The notes beneath the pieces are model-generated. The model was not told where the DNA came from. It ran no database searches and worked only from the letters and a program-made list of their open reading frames with translations. From assembly GCA_002329365.1 (NCBI GenBank), contig DCUB01000012.1, forward strand, positions 34,245 through 98,244: DNA of 64,000 nt, given 5' to 3'. Below are positions 1 to 8,689 of this stretch, piece after piece (positions within the stretch are counted from its first letter, which is position 1; each line of letters begins with the position of its first letter). The DNA is from Ruminococcaceae bacterium UBA1425 (GTDB taxonomy: Bacteria; Bacillota; Clostridia; Oscillospirales; Acutalibacteraceae). The translations under genes were made by a program, and so were the position numbers.

Positions 1-22
1 GGTCTTGACCGTTCCGCAAGGT
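1..22. repeat. Family A REP-like unit, truncated by the window edge (GGTCTTGACCGTTCCGCAAGG)
   Basis: Identical to the right part of the unit at 44703-44733. Confidence 0.7.
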
Positions 23-82
23 TAGATGTATCTTTCAACGCACGAACACGGCGCGAAAGTCAAAACCGAAAGGATAGTTTTC

Positions 83-1129
83 ATGAGCATTGAAAAAAGC
101 TTTTTCGGCACAACAAAGGACGGCGGGGAAGTATATAATTACGATATAATAAATGCCGGCGGCTCGCGCGCGGGTATCATAACCTACGGTGGCACTTTAT
201 GCTCTCTGCTCGTGCCCGATAAAAACGGAGTGCTGACAGACGTACTGCTCGGCTTTGACGACATGGAGGGGCACGAGGAGCGTTCTGCGTATCAGGGTCA
301 GCTTGTGGGCAGATACGCAAACAGGCTCGTAAACGGCTCCTTTACGGTAAACGGCATAAAAATTGAAGTAACAAAAAACGAAAACGGCGAAACATGCCTT
401 CACGGCGGCGGCGAGCTTTCACACGCAGTGTGGACGGCGGAAATTGCCGGCGAAAACTCCCTGCGGCTTACATATACGGGCGCCGACAATAAAGAGGGCT
501 TCCCCGGCGTGTTCACGGCGGAGGTTTTATACACCTTTACGGACGAAAACGAGATTATTATAGATTACAGGGCGTCCTGCACGGAGGATACCGTTATAAA
601 CCTCACAAACCACGCATATTTTAACCTCGCGGGCTTTGACGGCGGCGACGTGCTTGACCACGAGCTTTCGATAGACGCGGATTACTTCACGCCCACCGAC
701 AAAAAGAGCATACCGACGGGCGAAATAAGGGCTGTCGGCGGCACGGCGTTCGACTTCAGAAACCTTAAGCCCATAGGTCTTGATATAGGCGCCAATGACG
801 AACAGCTTATAAGCTGCAGGGGCTACGACCACAATTTCTGCCTTAACAAAAGACCTGCCGGCGCTCCCGCCGCCCGCGTAAGATGTCCGCGTTCGGGAAT
901 ATCAATGGAGATGTTCACAGACATGCCGGGCGTTCAGCTTTACACGGGCAACTTCCTTGACGGGGAAAAAGGGAAGGGTGGCACACCTGTGAACAAACAC
1001 GCCGGCTTCTGCCTTGAAACACAGTTTTATCCCGACACGCCGAACCACTTAAATTTTCCGCAGTGTACCTTTTTGCGCGGCGAATTATTCGTTTCGCGCA
1101 CGTCATATAAATTTTACTCAGACCGATAA
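83..1129 (+). CDS. galM: Aldose 1-epimerase (galactose mutarotase)
   Basis: ORF 26-1129. The internal ATG at 83 follows AAAGGA. Family-typical N-terminus (FGTTKDGGEVYNY), HGG motif and NHAYFNL motif. Confidence 0.85.
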   Translation: MSIEKSFFGTTKDGGEVYNYDIINAGGSRAGIITYGGTLCSLLVPDKNGVLTDVLLGFDDMEGHEERSAYQGQLVGRYANRLVNGSFTVNGIKIEVTKNENGETCLHGGGELSHAVWTAEIAGENSLRLTYTGADNKEGFPGVFTAEVLYTFTDENEIIIDYRASCTEDTVINLTNHAYFNLAGFDGGDVLDHELSIDADYFTPTDKKSIPTGEIRAVGGTAFDFRNLKPIGLDIGANDEQLISCRGYDHNFCLNKRPAGAPAARVRCPRSGISMEMFTDMPGVQLYTGNFLDGEKGKGGTPVNKHAGFCLETQFYPDTPNHLNFPQCTFLRGELFVSRTSYKFYSDR

Positions 1130-1141
1130 GGAGATGTGTCA

Positions 1142-1864
1142 ATGAAAAAGGCGCTTATATTCAGAGGCGGATGGGACGGTCACGAGCCGCTGCTTGTGTC
1201 CGAAAGATTCGCCGGCATCCTGCGGGGCGAGGGCTTCGATGTCGACATTCACGACGACCAGGATATCTTAGGCAACCTCGATTACCTCATGGGGCTGGAC
1301 CTCATAATCCCCTGCTGGACAGGCGGAGAAATCAACGGCGATTACACGAAAAATGTGGCAAAGGCAGTCGGTGCGGGAGTAGGCATGGCCGGCTGTCACG
1401 GCGGAATGTGCGACGCGTTCCGTAAAGACACCGAATGGCAGTTCATTACGGGAGGTCAGTGGGTAAGCCACCCGGGCGGCGACGGCGTTGAGTACACCGT
1501 CAACGTCATCCGTTCCTCAAGCCCCATTGTAGAGGGAATAGAGGACTTCCTTGTCTGGAGCGAGCAGTATTATCTTCATGTAGATCCCGCCGTAGAGGTG
1601 CTCGCGACAACACGATTTCCTGTCGTGAACTATTACCACATTTCAAACAAGCCGGTTGACATGCCCGTCGTATGGACAAAGTACTGGGGCAACGGGCGCG
1701 TGTTTTACTCGTCGCTCGGTCACCACGATGACGTGTTCGACAAGTCGCCGTCGGCACAAATCATAATGACGCGCGGCATGCTGTGGGCGGCGGAAGGTAA
1801 GGAATACGCCGTTAAAAACGGTCTTACCACCGAGAGATTTGAAAGCAAAGCAAAAATGTATTAA
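1142..1864 (+). CDS. ThuA domain-containing protein (trehalose-utilisation ThuA-like)
   Basis: MKKALIFRGGWDGHEP N-terminus, SLGHH motif and about 240 aa length are typical of the ThuA family. A Gfo/Idh/MocA gene follows. Confidence 0.7.
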   Translation: MKKALIFRGGWDGHEPLLVSERFAGILRGEGFDVDIHDDQDILGNLDYLMGLDLIIPCWTGGEINGDYTKNVAKAVGAGVGMAGCHGGMCDAFRKDTEWQFITGGQWVSHPGGDGVEYTVNVIRSSSPIVEGIEDFLVWSEQYYLHVDPAVEVLATTRFPVVNYYHISNKPVDMPVVWTKYWGNGRVFYSSLGHHDDVFDKSPSAQIIMTRGMLWAAEGKEYAVKNGLTTERFESKAKMY

Positions 1865-1882
1865 TAGAAAGAAGGGCTATAA

Positions 1883-2983
1883 ATGATAAAAATCGGTTTT
1901 GTAGGCGTCGGAGACATAAGCGGAATTTACCTCAAAAACATCACGGGGCTTTTCGGCGAGATTGAGATTGCGGGCATCTGCGACCTTGTCCGCGAAAAGG
2001 CGGAGCGCGCGGCGGAAAAGTACAACATCAAAAAAATCTACAAGGATATGTACGAGCTTTTTGCAGACCCCGAGGTTGATATTGTCCTCAATATCACAAG
2101 GCCTTACGAGCATTTCGGCGTTTCCAAGGCGGCTCTTGAGGCGGGAAAAAACGTATATTCCGAAAAGCCTCTGGCGGCGACGCTTGAGGAGGGCAGAATA
2201 CTTAAAAAGCTTGCCGACGAAAAGGGGCTTTTCCTCGGCGGAGCGCCCGACACCTTCCTCGGCGCGGGCATACAGACCTGCCGCAGGCTGATTGACGACG
2301 GCTATATCGGAACTCCCGTCGGCGCGGCGGCGTTTATGATTTGCCGCGGACACGAAAGCTGGCATCCCGACCCCGAGTTTTATTACAAGCACGGCGGCGG
2401 GCCGATGTTCGACATGGGACCGTATTATCTTACAGCTCTCGTCAACCTCCTGGGGCCCGTCGAGTCCGTAATGGGCATGTCAAAGATATCCTACCCCGAA
2501 AGAATGATTACGAGCGAGCGGCTTAACGGCACGATTATAAAGGTTGACGTACCCACATATATTACGGGCATACTTAAGTTCAGGAGCGGCGCTGTCGGCA
2601 CCATATTCACAACCTTCGACGTCAAGTACACCGAAGGAGCGCGCCTTGAGGTTTACGGCTCAAAAGGAACGCTGAACGTTCCCGACCCGAACGGCTTCGG
2701 CGGCCCCGTCAAGCTCCTGCGCATGGAGGAAAAGGAATACAGGGATATGCCGCTTTGCTTCAGCTACAGCGAAAACAGCCGCGCCCTCGGCCTTGCCGAC
2801 ATGGCAAAGGCCATCGAGACGGGCAGGCGTTTCCGCGCAAACAGCCGCCAGACGCTTCATGTGCTTGAAATCATGAGCGCCATAGATACTTCGTCGAAGG
2901 AAGGCAGGCTTGTTAAAATCGAGTCCGATTACGAGCCTGAGGCGCCGATGGCAAACCCCGACAGAATAGGATACCTTGATTAA
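1883..2983 (+). CDS. Gfo/Idh/MocA family oxidoreductase (ThuB-like partner)
   Basis: N-terminal Rossmann motif IGFVGVGDISG, an EKP motif, and 366 aa length. Confidence 0.85.
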   Translation: MIKIGFVGVGDISGIYLKNITGLFGEIEIAGICDLVREKAERAAEKYNIKKIYKDMYELFADPEVDIVLNITRPYEHFGVSKAALEAGKNVYSEKPLAATLEEGRILKKLADEKGLFLGGAPDTFLGAGIQTCRRLIDDGYIGTPVGAAAFMICRGHESWHPDPEFYYKHGGGPMFDMGPYYLTALVNLLGPVESVMGMSKISYPERMITSERLNGTIIKVDVPTYITGILKFRSGAVGTIFTTFDVKYTEGARLEVYGSKGTLNVPDPNGFGGPVKLLRMEEKEYRDMPLCFSYSENSRALGLADMAKAIETGRRFRANSRQTLHVLEIMSAIDTSSKEGRLVKIESDYEPEAPMANPDRIGYLD

Positions 2984-3033
2984 AAGCCGCCGCAAAATTA
3001 TCATTTTCGTGGCTGCATCAACGATGTATATTT

Positions 3034-3172
3034 CGGAACGGTCAAGACCGTTCCCTACAAATGTTTTTTCCTATCTTCGGAAGACAACGTGTAGGGATTT
3101 GTTTTGACCGTTCTCGGTTTTGATGACGAATATCATTTTTTGCGCAGGAAACGGTCCTGACCGTTCCGCAAA
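3034..3172. repeat. Family A REP-like cluster: short unit 3034-3058, right arm of the long form 3075-3116, unit 3144-3172
   Basis: CGGAACGGTCAAGACCGTTCCCTAC; CTTCGGAAGACAACGTGTAGGGATTTGTTTTGACCGTTC (approximately the reverse complement of 37925-37960); GCAGGAAACGGTCCTGACCGTTCCGCAA. Confidence 0.8.
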
Positions 3173-3250
3173 AGAGTTTTTTAAACAAACCTTGTTTTGT
3201 TTCGAGGAATTGTCCGAGGTTAATGTCGGGGTAATTGTTCACTCTTTGTA

Positions 3251-3280
3251 TTGACAAGCCGCATATCAAAAAGGTATTAT
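3251..3280 (+). promoter_or_regulatory. Sigma-A type promoter (TTGACA, 18 nt spacer, TATTAT)
   Basis: Near-consensus hexamers about 95 nt upstream of the ABC ATPase start. Confidence 0.55.
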
Positions 3281-3375
3281 TAACATGAGTATTTTTGTGT
3301 AATCGCGGGAATACAACGCATAACATGTTAGTTTCTGATGCAAAATGCTGCGGCGCTGAGGGAGGCATTTTAATA

Positions 3376-4086
3376 ATGACGCTCATAAGGTGCAATAACG
3401 CGTCCTTCGGCTACGAGGGCAATATTGTTCTTTCAAACGTCAGCTTTTATACCGATTCCGGCGACTACCTTTGCATAGTCGGCGAAAACGGTTCGGGCAA
3501 AAGCACCCTTATTAAGGGGCTTCTCGGCCTGAAATCACCCGTTTCCGGCACTGTCGAAACGTGCGGCGGGCTAAAGCCCGACGAAATAGGATATCTCCCC
3601 CAGCAGACGACGGCGCAAAAGAATTTCCCCGCAAGCGTCTATGAGGTTGTTCTTTCGGGAAGGCTCAACAGCATAAAAAGGCGCCCTTTTTACTCAAAGG
3701 AGGACAAGCGTTCGGCGCTCAACATTCTTGAAACAATGGGTATGGCGGACTACAAGAACCATTGCTACCACGAGCTTTCCGGCGGGCAGCAGCAGCGCGT
3801 GCTGCTCGCGCGCGCTCTGTGCGCCACAAAAAAGCTTCTGCTGCTCGACGAGCCTGTCGCAGGGCTTGACCCGCCGGCTACTATGGAGCTTTACAGGCTT
3901 GTCCGGAGAATTAACGGTGAGCTCGGCATAACAGTCATCATGGTGTCGCACGATATACACGCCGCCGTAAAATACGCAAGCCACATACTACATCTCGGCA
4001 ACGAGCAGCTTTTCTTCGGAACGGCCGGGGAATATATAAAAAGCGAGTACGGCAGACAGTTTTTGGGAGGCACGGATATTGATTAG
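3376..4086 (+). CDS. ABC transporter ATP-binding protein (metal/ZnuC-like), with no adjacent permease or binding protein
   Basis: Walker A GENGSGKST, signature LSGGQQQR, Walker B LLLLDEP. RBS GAGGGAGG lies upstream of the ATG at 3376. Confidence 0.85.
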   Translation: MTLIRCNNASFGYEGNIVLSNVSFYTDSGDYLCIVGENGSGKSTLIKGLLGLKSPVSGTVETCGGLKPDEIGYLPQQTTAQKNFPASVYEVVLSGRLNSIKRRPFYSKEDKRSALNILETMGMADYKNHCYHELSGGQQQRVLLARALCATKKLLLLDEPVAGLDPPATMELYRLVRRINGELGITVIMVSHDIHAAVKYASHILHLGNEQLFFGTAGEYIKSEYGRQFLGGTDID

Positions 4087-5371
4087 TCATATGGGCGCAG
4101 CGTCAAACCAGCCGACGTGGCTTAAGCTTGACAACGCGGGAAAGATATTCCCGGGGCAGAACACGTCAAAGTGGTCAAACATTTTCAGGGTTACGGTCGT
4201 TCTGAAGGACGCCGTCGACCCCGATATACTTTCGCAGGCTGTTCGCGACACGCTGCCGCGCTTTCCGTGCTTCGACGTCCGCATACGGCGGGGGTTTTTC
4301 TGGTATTATTTCGAGAAAAACCCGAAGCCAGCGCCGCCCGTAATGCCCGACATAAAAAACCCCTGCTATCGTGTGAATTTCCGTGAAAACGACGGTTTTC
4401 TGTTCAGGGTCTACTACCGCGAGAACAGAATCTCGATAGATTTCTACCACGCGCTTTCCGACGCCTACGGCGCTTCCCGGCTGCTCTCCACCATAACCGC
4501 GCAATACCTGCGGCTTTGCGGCCACGATATCCCGCCGGGCGAGAGCGTGCTTTCGCTTGAAGAACCGGCTTCCCCCGAAGAGCTTGAGGACTCCTACCGC
4601 AAATACGCAAGCTCAAAGGCAAAGAGCAAACGCGGCGGAAAACTCGTCTACCACGCGAAGGGCACGCGTATGCCTCCGCATACGATGAACATCACAACAG
4701 GCTTTATGCCTGTCGACAAGGTGAAGGCAAAGGCGTTTGAGTATAACGTCACCGTAACCGAGCTTCTTGCCGCCGTGCTTCTGTTCATCCACTACGAAAA
4801 GCAGAAAAAGGAGCGCCGGAGGCAAAGGCCGCTCGTAATCCAGATACCCGTCAATCTAAGGGGCGTATTCCCCTCAAAAACACTGCGGAACTTTTCACTG
4901 TGGTACTCCGTCTGCATTGACCCGAACATGGGTGAGTACACCTTCGAGGACATTTTAAGGCACGTTTCCCTGTCGCTGCGCCTTACGAATAACGAAAAAA
5001 CGCTGAACGCGATGATAACCGCAAACATGAAGGTGGAAAGCAACCCGGCAATGAGGTTCCTGCCGCTGTTCGTGAAGGATCCCGCAATTGGGCTTACTTT
5101 TATGATAACGCGCGAACTGACGTCCACCACCGTCGTGTCAAACCTCGGTGTTATGAAGGTGCCGGCGGAAATGGAGCAGTTTGTGGACAAGTTTATTCTT
5201 GTAAACTGCCCCGGCGTCAGAAACGGCGGGCGCTGCGCAGCCGTAAGCTTTAAAAACACCCTCGCGCTTACGTTTTCAAATATTTTCGTCGAGAGCTGTC
5301 TTGAGCGCGATTTTTTCAGGATGTTCGTGAAAATGGGCATACCCGTAAAAATAGAAAGCAACAGGGAATAA
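4079..5371 (+). CDS. HxxxD acyltransferase (annotated-as alcohol acetyltransferase / condensation-domain-like family)
   Basis: WLKLDNAGKIFP N-terminal motif. HALSD (HxxxD) at nt 4448-4462. The TTG start is 8 nt after GGAGG and overlaps the ABC ATPase stop. Paralog at 53134-54447. Confidence 0.7.
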   Translation: MISHMGAASNQPTWLKLDNAGKIFPGQNTSKWSNIFRVTVVLKDAVDPDILSQAVRDTLPRFPCFDVRIRRGFFWYYFEKNPKPAPPVMPDIKNPCYRVNFRENDGFLFRVYYRENRISIDFYHALSDAYGASRLLSTITAQYLRLCGHDIPPGESVLSLEEPASPEELEDSYRKYASSKAKSKRGGKLVYHAKGTRMPPHTMNITTGFMPVDKVKAKAFEYNVTVTELLAAVLLFIHYEKQKKERRRQRPLVIQIPVNLRGVFPSKTLRNFSLWYSVCIDPNMGEYTFEDILRHVSLSLRLTNNEKTLNAMITANMKVESNPAMRFLPLFVKDPAIGLTFMITRELTSTTVVSNLGVMKVPAEMEQFVDKFILVNCPGVRNGGRCAAVSFKNTLALTFSNIFVESCLERDFFRMFVKMGIPVKIESNRE

Positions 5372-5399
5372 AGCGGACAAAAAACGGGAGGTGAAGCGC

Positions 5400-5600
5400 A
5401 TGATATTTAAGTCCAAGGAAGAAGGCAAATTTGCCTTTAAAAAATATTACTCCCGCGGGCAGAGGACGTACGCCGAGCGTATGCGCAGGCGTCTTATCGT
5501 GCGCCGTCTTCTCATGTCTTTTTTGTTCATTCTTGTTTTTTTGCTCGGCTTTTTCATCATGTCGCTTCTGCTCGACATATCTTCGCTGCCGCCTTCATAA
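5400..5600 (+). CDS. Small basic single-pass membrane protein (66 aa)
   Basis: GGGAGG RBS 8 nt before the ATG at 5400. Lys/Arg-rich N-terminus followed by one hydrophobic helix (LLMSFLFILVFLLGFFIMSLLL). Confidence 0.5.
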   Translation: MIFKSKEEGKFAFKKYYSRGQRTYAERMRRRLIVRRLLMSFLFILVFLLGFFIMSLLLDISSLPPS

Positions 5601-5636
5601 AACGGCGCCGGCAACAAGGCAAACCCCGGAGGAAAC

Positions 5637-7505
5637 ATGCATTATATACCTTTTAATTCAAGAAAATCATATCATAAAACGCCCTTCGGAGCCGTCGGCT
5701 CCGGGGATGACGTAACGCTCAGGGTGATACTGCCCCGTGAATTTCAGTGCAGGGCAGTCTGGCTCGTCGTTCACCGCGACGACAGGCGCGATTGGAGCTA
5801 TTTCCCCTTTTCATGGGAATGCATGGAGGGCTGCGGCGAGGAATGGTGGCGGATAACGTACACGCCCGACTCGCCCGGTCTTTACTGGTATCACTTTGAA
5901 TACGACACCGACTGGGGGCGCGTGCGCATAAACTGCGCAGGCGGCGGCATCGGCCGGATAAACGGCGAAAACGCGGACTGGCAGCTTACGGTTTACGACA
6001 AAAAAACCAAGTCCCCTGTTTGGCTGAAGGGCGGCGTGATATATCAGATTTTCCCCGACCGCTTTTTTTCCTCCGGCGAGCCTAAAAAAAACGTGCCTTC
6101 TGACAGGATAATCCGCTCCGACTGGGGCGGCGAGCCGATGTGGGAGCCTGACGGCAGGGGCAGGATATCAAAATACGACTATTTCGGCGGCGACCTCAAA
6201 GGAATAGAGCAAAAGCTCCCCTACCTTCAGTCGCTCGGCATCACATGTATTTATCTGAACCCGATTTTCGAGGCGCACTCAAACCACCGCTACGACGTCG
6301 CCGATTACATGAAAATCGACCCGCTGCTCGGCACCGAGGAGGATTTTAAAGATCTTTGCGCCGCCGCGCGCGACCGCGGCATACGAATCGTTCTCGACGG
6401 CGTTTTCAGCCACACCGGCGCCGACAGCGTTTACTTCAACAAGCGCGGCAGGTACGGCTCGGGCGGGGCTTACAACTCAAAAAAGTCCGAATATTACAGT
6501 TGGTACAAGTTCCGCAGATGGCCCGACGATTATGTAAGCTGGTGGGACATTGACATTCTGCCCGAGGTCAACGAGGAGGACGAAAGCTATCTCGATTTTA
6601 TCGCGGGCAGAGGCGGCGTTCTCGAAAAGTGGATGGACGCGGGAGCATCGGGCTTTAGAATTGACGTCGCCGACGAGCTTCCGGACAAGCTGCTCGACCG
6701 CGTGTATGAAACTGTCAAACGAAAAAACCTCGACGCGTATATTGTCGGCGAGGTCTGGGAGGACGCGTCGAACAAATACAGCTACGGCAAACGCCGCCGA
6801 TATCTTTTAGGCGGACAGATGGACTCCGTTATGAACTATCCGTTTGCCGACGCTGTTCTGAGCTTTGTCAAAACAGGATGCGCCGAAGTTTTTATGGATA
6901 AGATAATTACCGTGCTCGAAAATTACCCGCGCGAGGTTGTGGACACGCTTATGAATCACATAGGCACACACGACACGGTAAGGGCTGTTACACTTCTTGC
7001 AAAAAGCGAAAAAGCGGAACGTTCTCCCCAAAAAAGAAGCCCCGAAAGGCTGACGATAGAGCAGCTCGAAAAGGGCATAGCGCTTTTGAAGGCCGCCAGC
7101 ACTCTGCAGTTTACGCTGCCCGGCGTGCCGTCAGTTTACTACGGCGACGAGGCGGGGCTGGACGGCGGCGCCGACCCGTACAACAGGCGCTGCTACCCGT
7201 GGGACCATGAAGACGGCGGGCTGCTGCGCCATTATACGGAGCTTTCGCGTATACGGCGCGAACACCCCTGCTTTATCGACGGAGAGTTTGTACCCATTTC
7301 CGCCGCATTGGGCTGTGTCGCGTACGCGAGGATAAAGGACGGCGGCGGCGTAATAGTAATAGCAAACATGAACTGCCACGAAATTGAATATTATCTGCCG
7401 CCCGAGTGGCACGGAGCGCGTCTGCTGCTCGGCGGAACCGGATGCGACGGCTCCACGGTTAAGCTCGGCGCGGCCGCAGCCGCTGTTTTAGACGTTAGAT
7501 GTTAG
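5637..7505 (+). CDS. Glycoside hydrolase family 13 protein (neopullulanase/cyclomaltodextrinase-like, cytoplasmic)
   Basis: GH13 conserved regions DGVFSHTG, GFRIDVADE, EVWED and NHIGTHDT. No signal peptide. Confidence 0.85.
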   Translation: MHYIPFNSRKSYHKTPFGAVGSGDDVTLRVILPREFQCRAVWLVVHRDDRRDWSYFPFSWECMEGCGEEWWRITYTPDSPGLYWYHFEYDTDWGRVRINCAGGGIGRINGENADWQLTVYDKKTKSPVWLKGGVIYQIFPDRFFSSGEPKKNVPSDRIIRSDWGGEPMWEPDGRGRISKYDYFGGDLKGIEQKLPYLQSLGITCIYLNPIFEAHSNHRYDVADYMKIDPLLGTEEDFKDLCAAARDRGIRIVLDGVFSHTGADSVYFNKRGRYGSGGAYNSKKSEYYSWYKFRRWPDDYVSWWDIDILPEVNEEDESYLDFIAGRGGVLEKWMDAGASGFRIDVADELPDKLLDRVYETVKRKNLDAYIVGEVWEDASNKYSYGKRRRYLLGGQMDSVMNYPFADAVLSFVKTGCAEVFMDKIITVLENYPREVVDTLMNHIGTHDTVRAVTLLAKSEKAERSPQKRSPERLTIEQLEKGIALLKAASTLQFTLPGVPSVYYGDEAGLDGGADPYNRRCYPWDHEDGGLLRHYTELSRIRREHPCFIDGEFVPISAALGCVAYARIKDGGGVIVIANMNCHEIEYYLPPEWHGARLLLGGTGCDGSTVKLGAAAAAVLDVRC

Positions 7506-7528
7506 ACGTTAGACGTTAAACGTTCAAG
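7487..7528. repeat. Heptanucleotide tandem repeat (TTAGACG-like, 6 units) spanning the GH13 stop codon
   Basis: ttagacg ttagatg ttagacg ttagacg ttaaacg ttcaagg, read directly. Confidence 0.85.
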
Positions 7529-7542
7529 GTTTGTCTGTAATA

Positions 7543-7704
7543 CGCGGAACGGTCAGGCCCGTTCCCTAAGTGCTTAAACTTTATGAGTGAACCACACAGA
7601 CTGCGGCGTGTTTTACTCGGAACGCATAAATGCGTTCTCTACGAACATTCTCAATATTTGCCGTCCGGAAAGCAGGGAACGGATTCATCCGTTCCGTGAA
7701 AAGT
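7543..7704. repeat. Family A REP-like cluster (units 7543-7570, 7618-7642, 7672-7700), including the mosaic copy 7601-7704
   Basis: CGCGGAACGGTCAGGCCCGTTCCCTAAG; CGGAACGCATAAATGCGTTCTCTAC; GCAGGGAACGGATTCATCCGTTCCGTGAA. Confidence 0.85.
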
Positions 7705-7805
7705 ATGAACTGAATTGTCTTAAGTAAACTCACATAATACCGTTCCATACAAAAAAACGACGGTTGTTTTATTGTTATATACGGACATTAAAAGGAATTG
7801 AAAAA

Positions 7806-8678
7806 ATGAGCAGAAAAAGCAAGTTTTCATTTAAAACCGAAAAGGAAAGGCAGCGGCAGAAAACAAAGAGGTTCCTTGTCGGGTTCTTCTCGTTTCTGAT
7901 TGCTTTCGCGTGCTTTTCAACCCTTTATCTTCTCATAACATACGACTTCGATCTCTCTCCCCTTCTTAACGCCCGGGGCGAGGAGGAAACGTCCGAGCCT
8001 ACGGAGCCTGTGAGCGAATTCGCAAAGGAGGTTACTCCCCTTCATTTCCTGCTTTTCTGTACAAACAGCGAGGTTTCGGAGCTGCGCTTCGTCGTCGTTG
8101 TAAGAGTCGACATGAACAAAAAGGTATTTACGGTCTGTTCGCTTTCAGAGAACGAAAGGGTATCGGTCGACGGCGTGAACGAAACCTTTCTGCAACATTA
8201 TCTAAACGGGGGAGCAAAGCGGCTTGTCACCGCGGTTGAGAGGTTCAACGGAATTAAGATTGACAGATATATATCATCGTCCGACAACGGCTTTAAAAAG
8301 GCCGTCAACAGTATTGGTCAGTTCAGGCTGACGCTTAACGAACAGATAAACTACCGCAACGGCGACTTTTCCGTTATGTTTATCGAGGGCGAACAAAAGC
8401 TGCGTGGAGACGACCTGCTGAAATATCTGCGCTACTGCAAATTTATCGGCGACGAGGGGCTTGACCTTCAGGCGAAAACCGTCGGAATGATGCTCACGCA
8501 ATACATCAGCAACGAAAACCTTTCAAAGAGCGACGCTCTTTTCTCGTCCGTTATCAACAACGTCGAAAGCAATATAACGGTAATGGATTTCAAGTCCGCC
8601 GCGCAGGCGCTCAGCTTCATAGCGCAGACGGGCTTTAAAACAGAAACGGTCGCTTACTTCAAGTCGACTGTCGGCTGA
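7806..8678 (+). CDS. Membrane-anchored LCP (LytR-CpsA-Psr)-like protein, divergent
   Basis: N-terminal TM helix. The domain layout (block of hydrophobic strands, then NGGAKRL...GIKIDRYI...GF) resembles an LCP fold, but I could not verify the catalytic Arg residues. Confidence 0.45.
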   Translation: MSRKSKFSFKTEKERQRQKTKRFLVGFFSFLIAFACFSTLYLLITYDFDLSPLLNARGEEETSEPTEPVSEFAKEVTPLHFLLFCTNSEVSELRFVVVVRVDMNKKVFTVCSLSENERVSVDGVNETFLQHYLNGGAKRLVTAVERFNGIKIDRYISSSDNGFKKAVNSIGQFRLTLNEQINYRNGDFSVMFIEGEQKLRGDDLLKYLRYCKFIGDEGLDLQAKTVGMMLTQYISNENLSKSDALFSSVINNVESNITVMDFKSAAQALSFIAQTGFKTETVAYFKSTVG

Positions 8679-8689
8679 CGGAGGAAAAA

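Noticed and set aside
1171-1425. Arg/Pro-rich off-frame ORFs inside real genes (for example 1171-1425, 1962-2291, 8728-8967, 13928-14200, 46459-46665)
   Set aside because: Their composition is typical of alternative frames in GC-rich genes, and they are fully nested in well-supported CDSs.
3042-3395. 117-aa minus-strand ORF in the 3.0-3.4 kb intergenic region. The tail of ORF 37788-37994 is a similar case
   Set aside because: It spans the REP cluster and the promoter region. The shared C-terminal peptide (RS.QIP.RC.PK..KN) simply reflects the repeated DNA.
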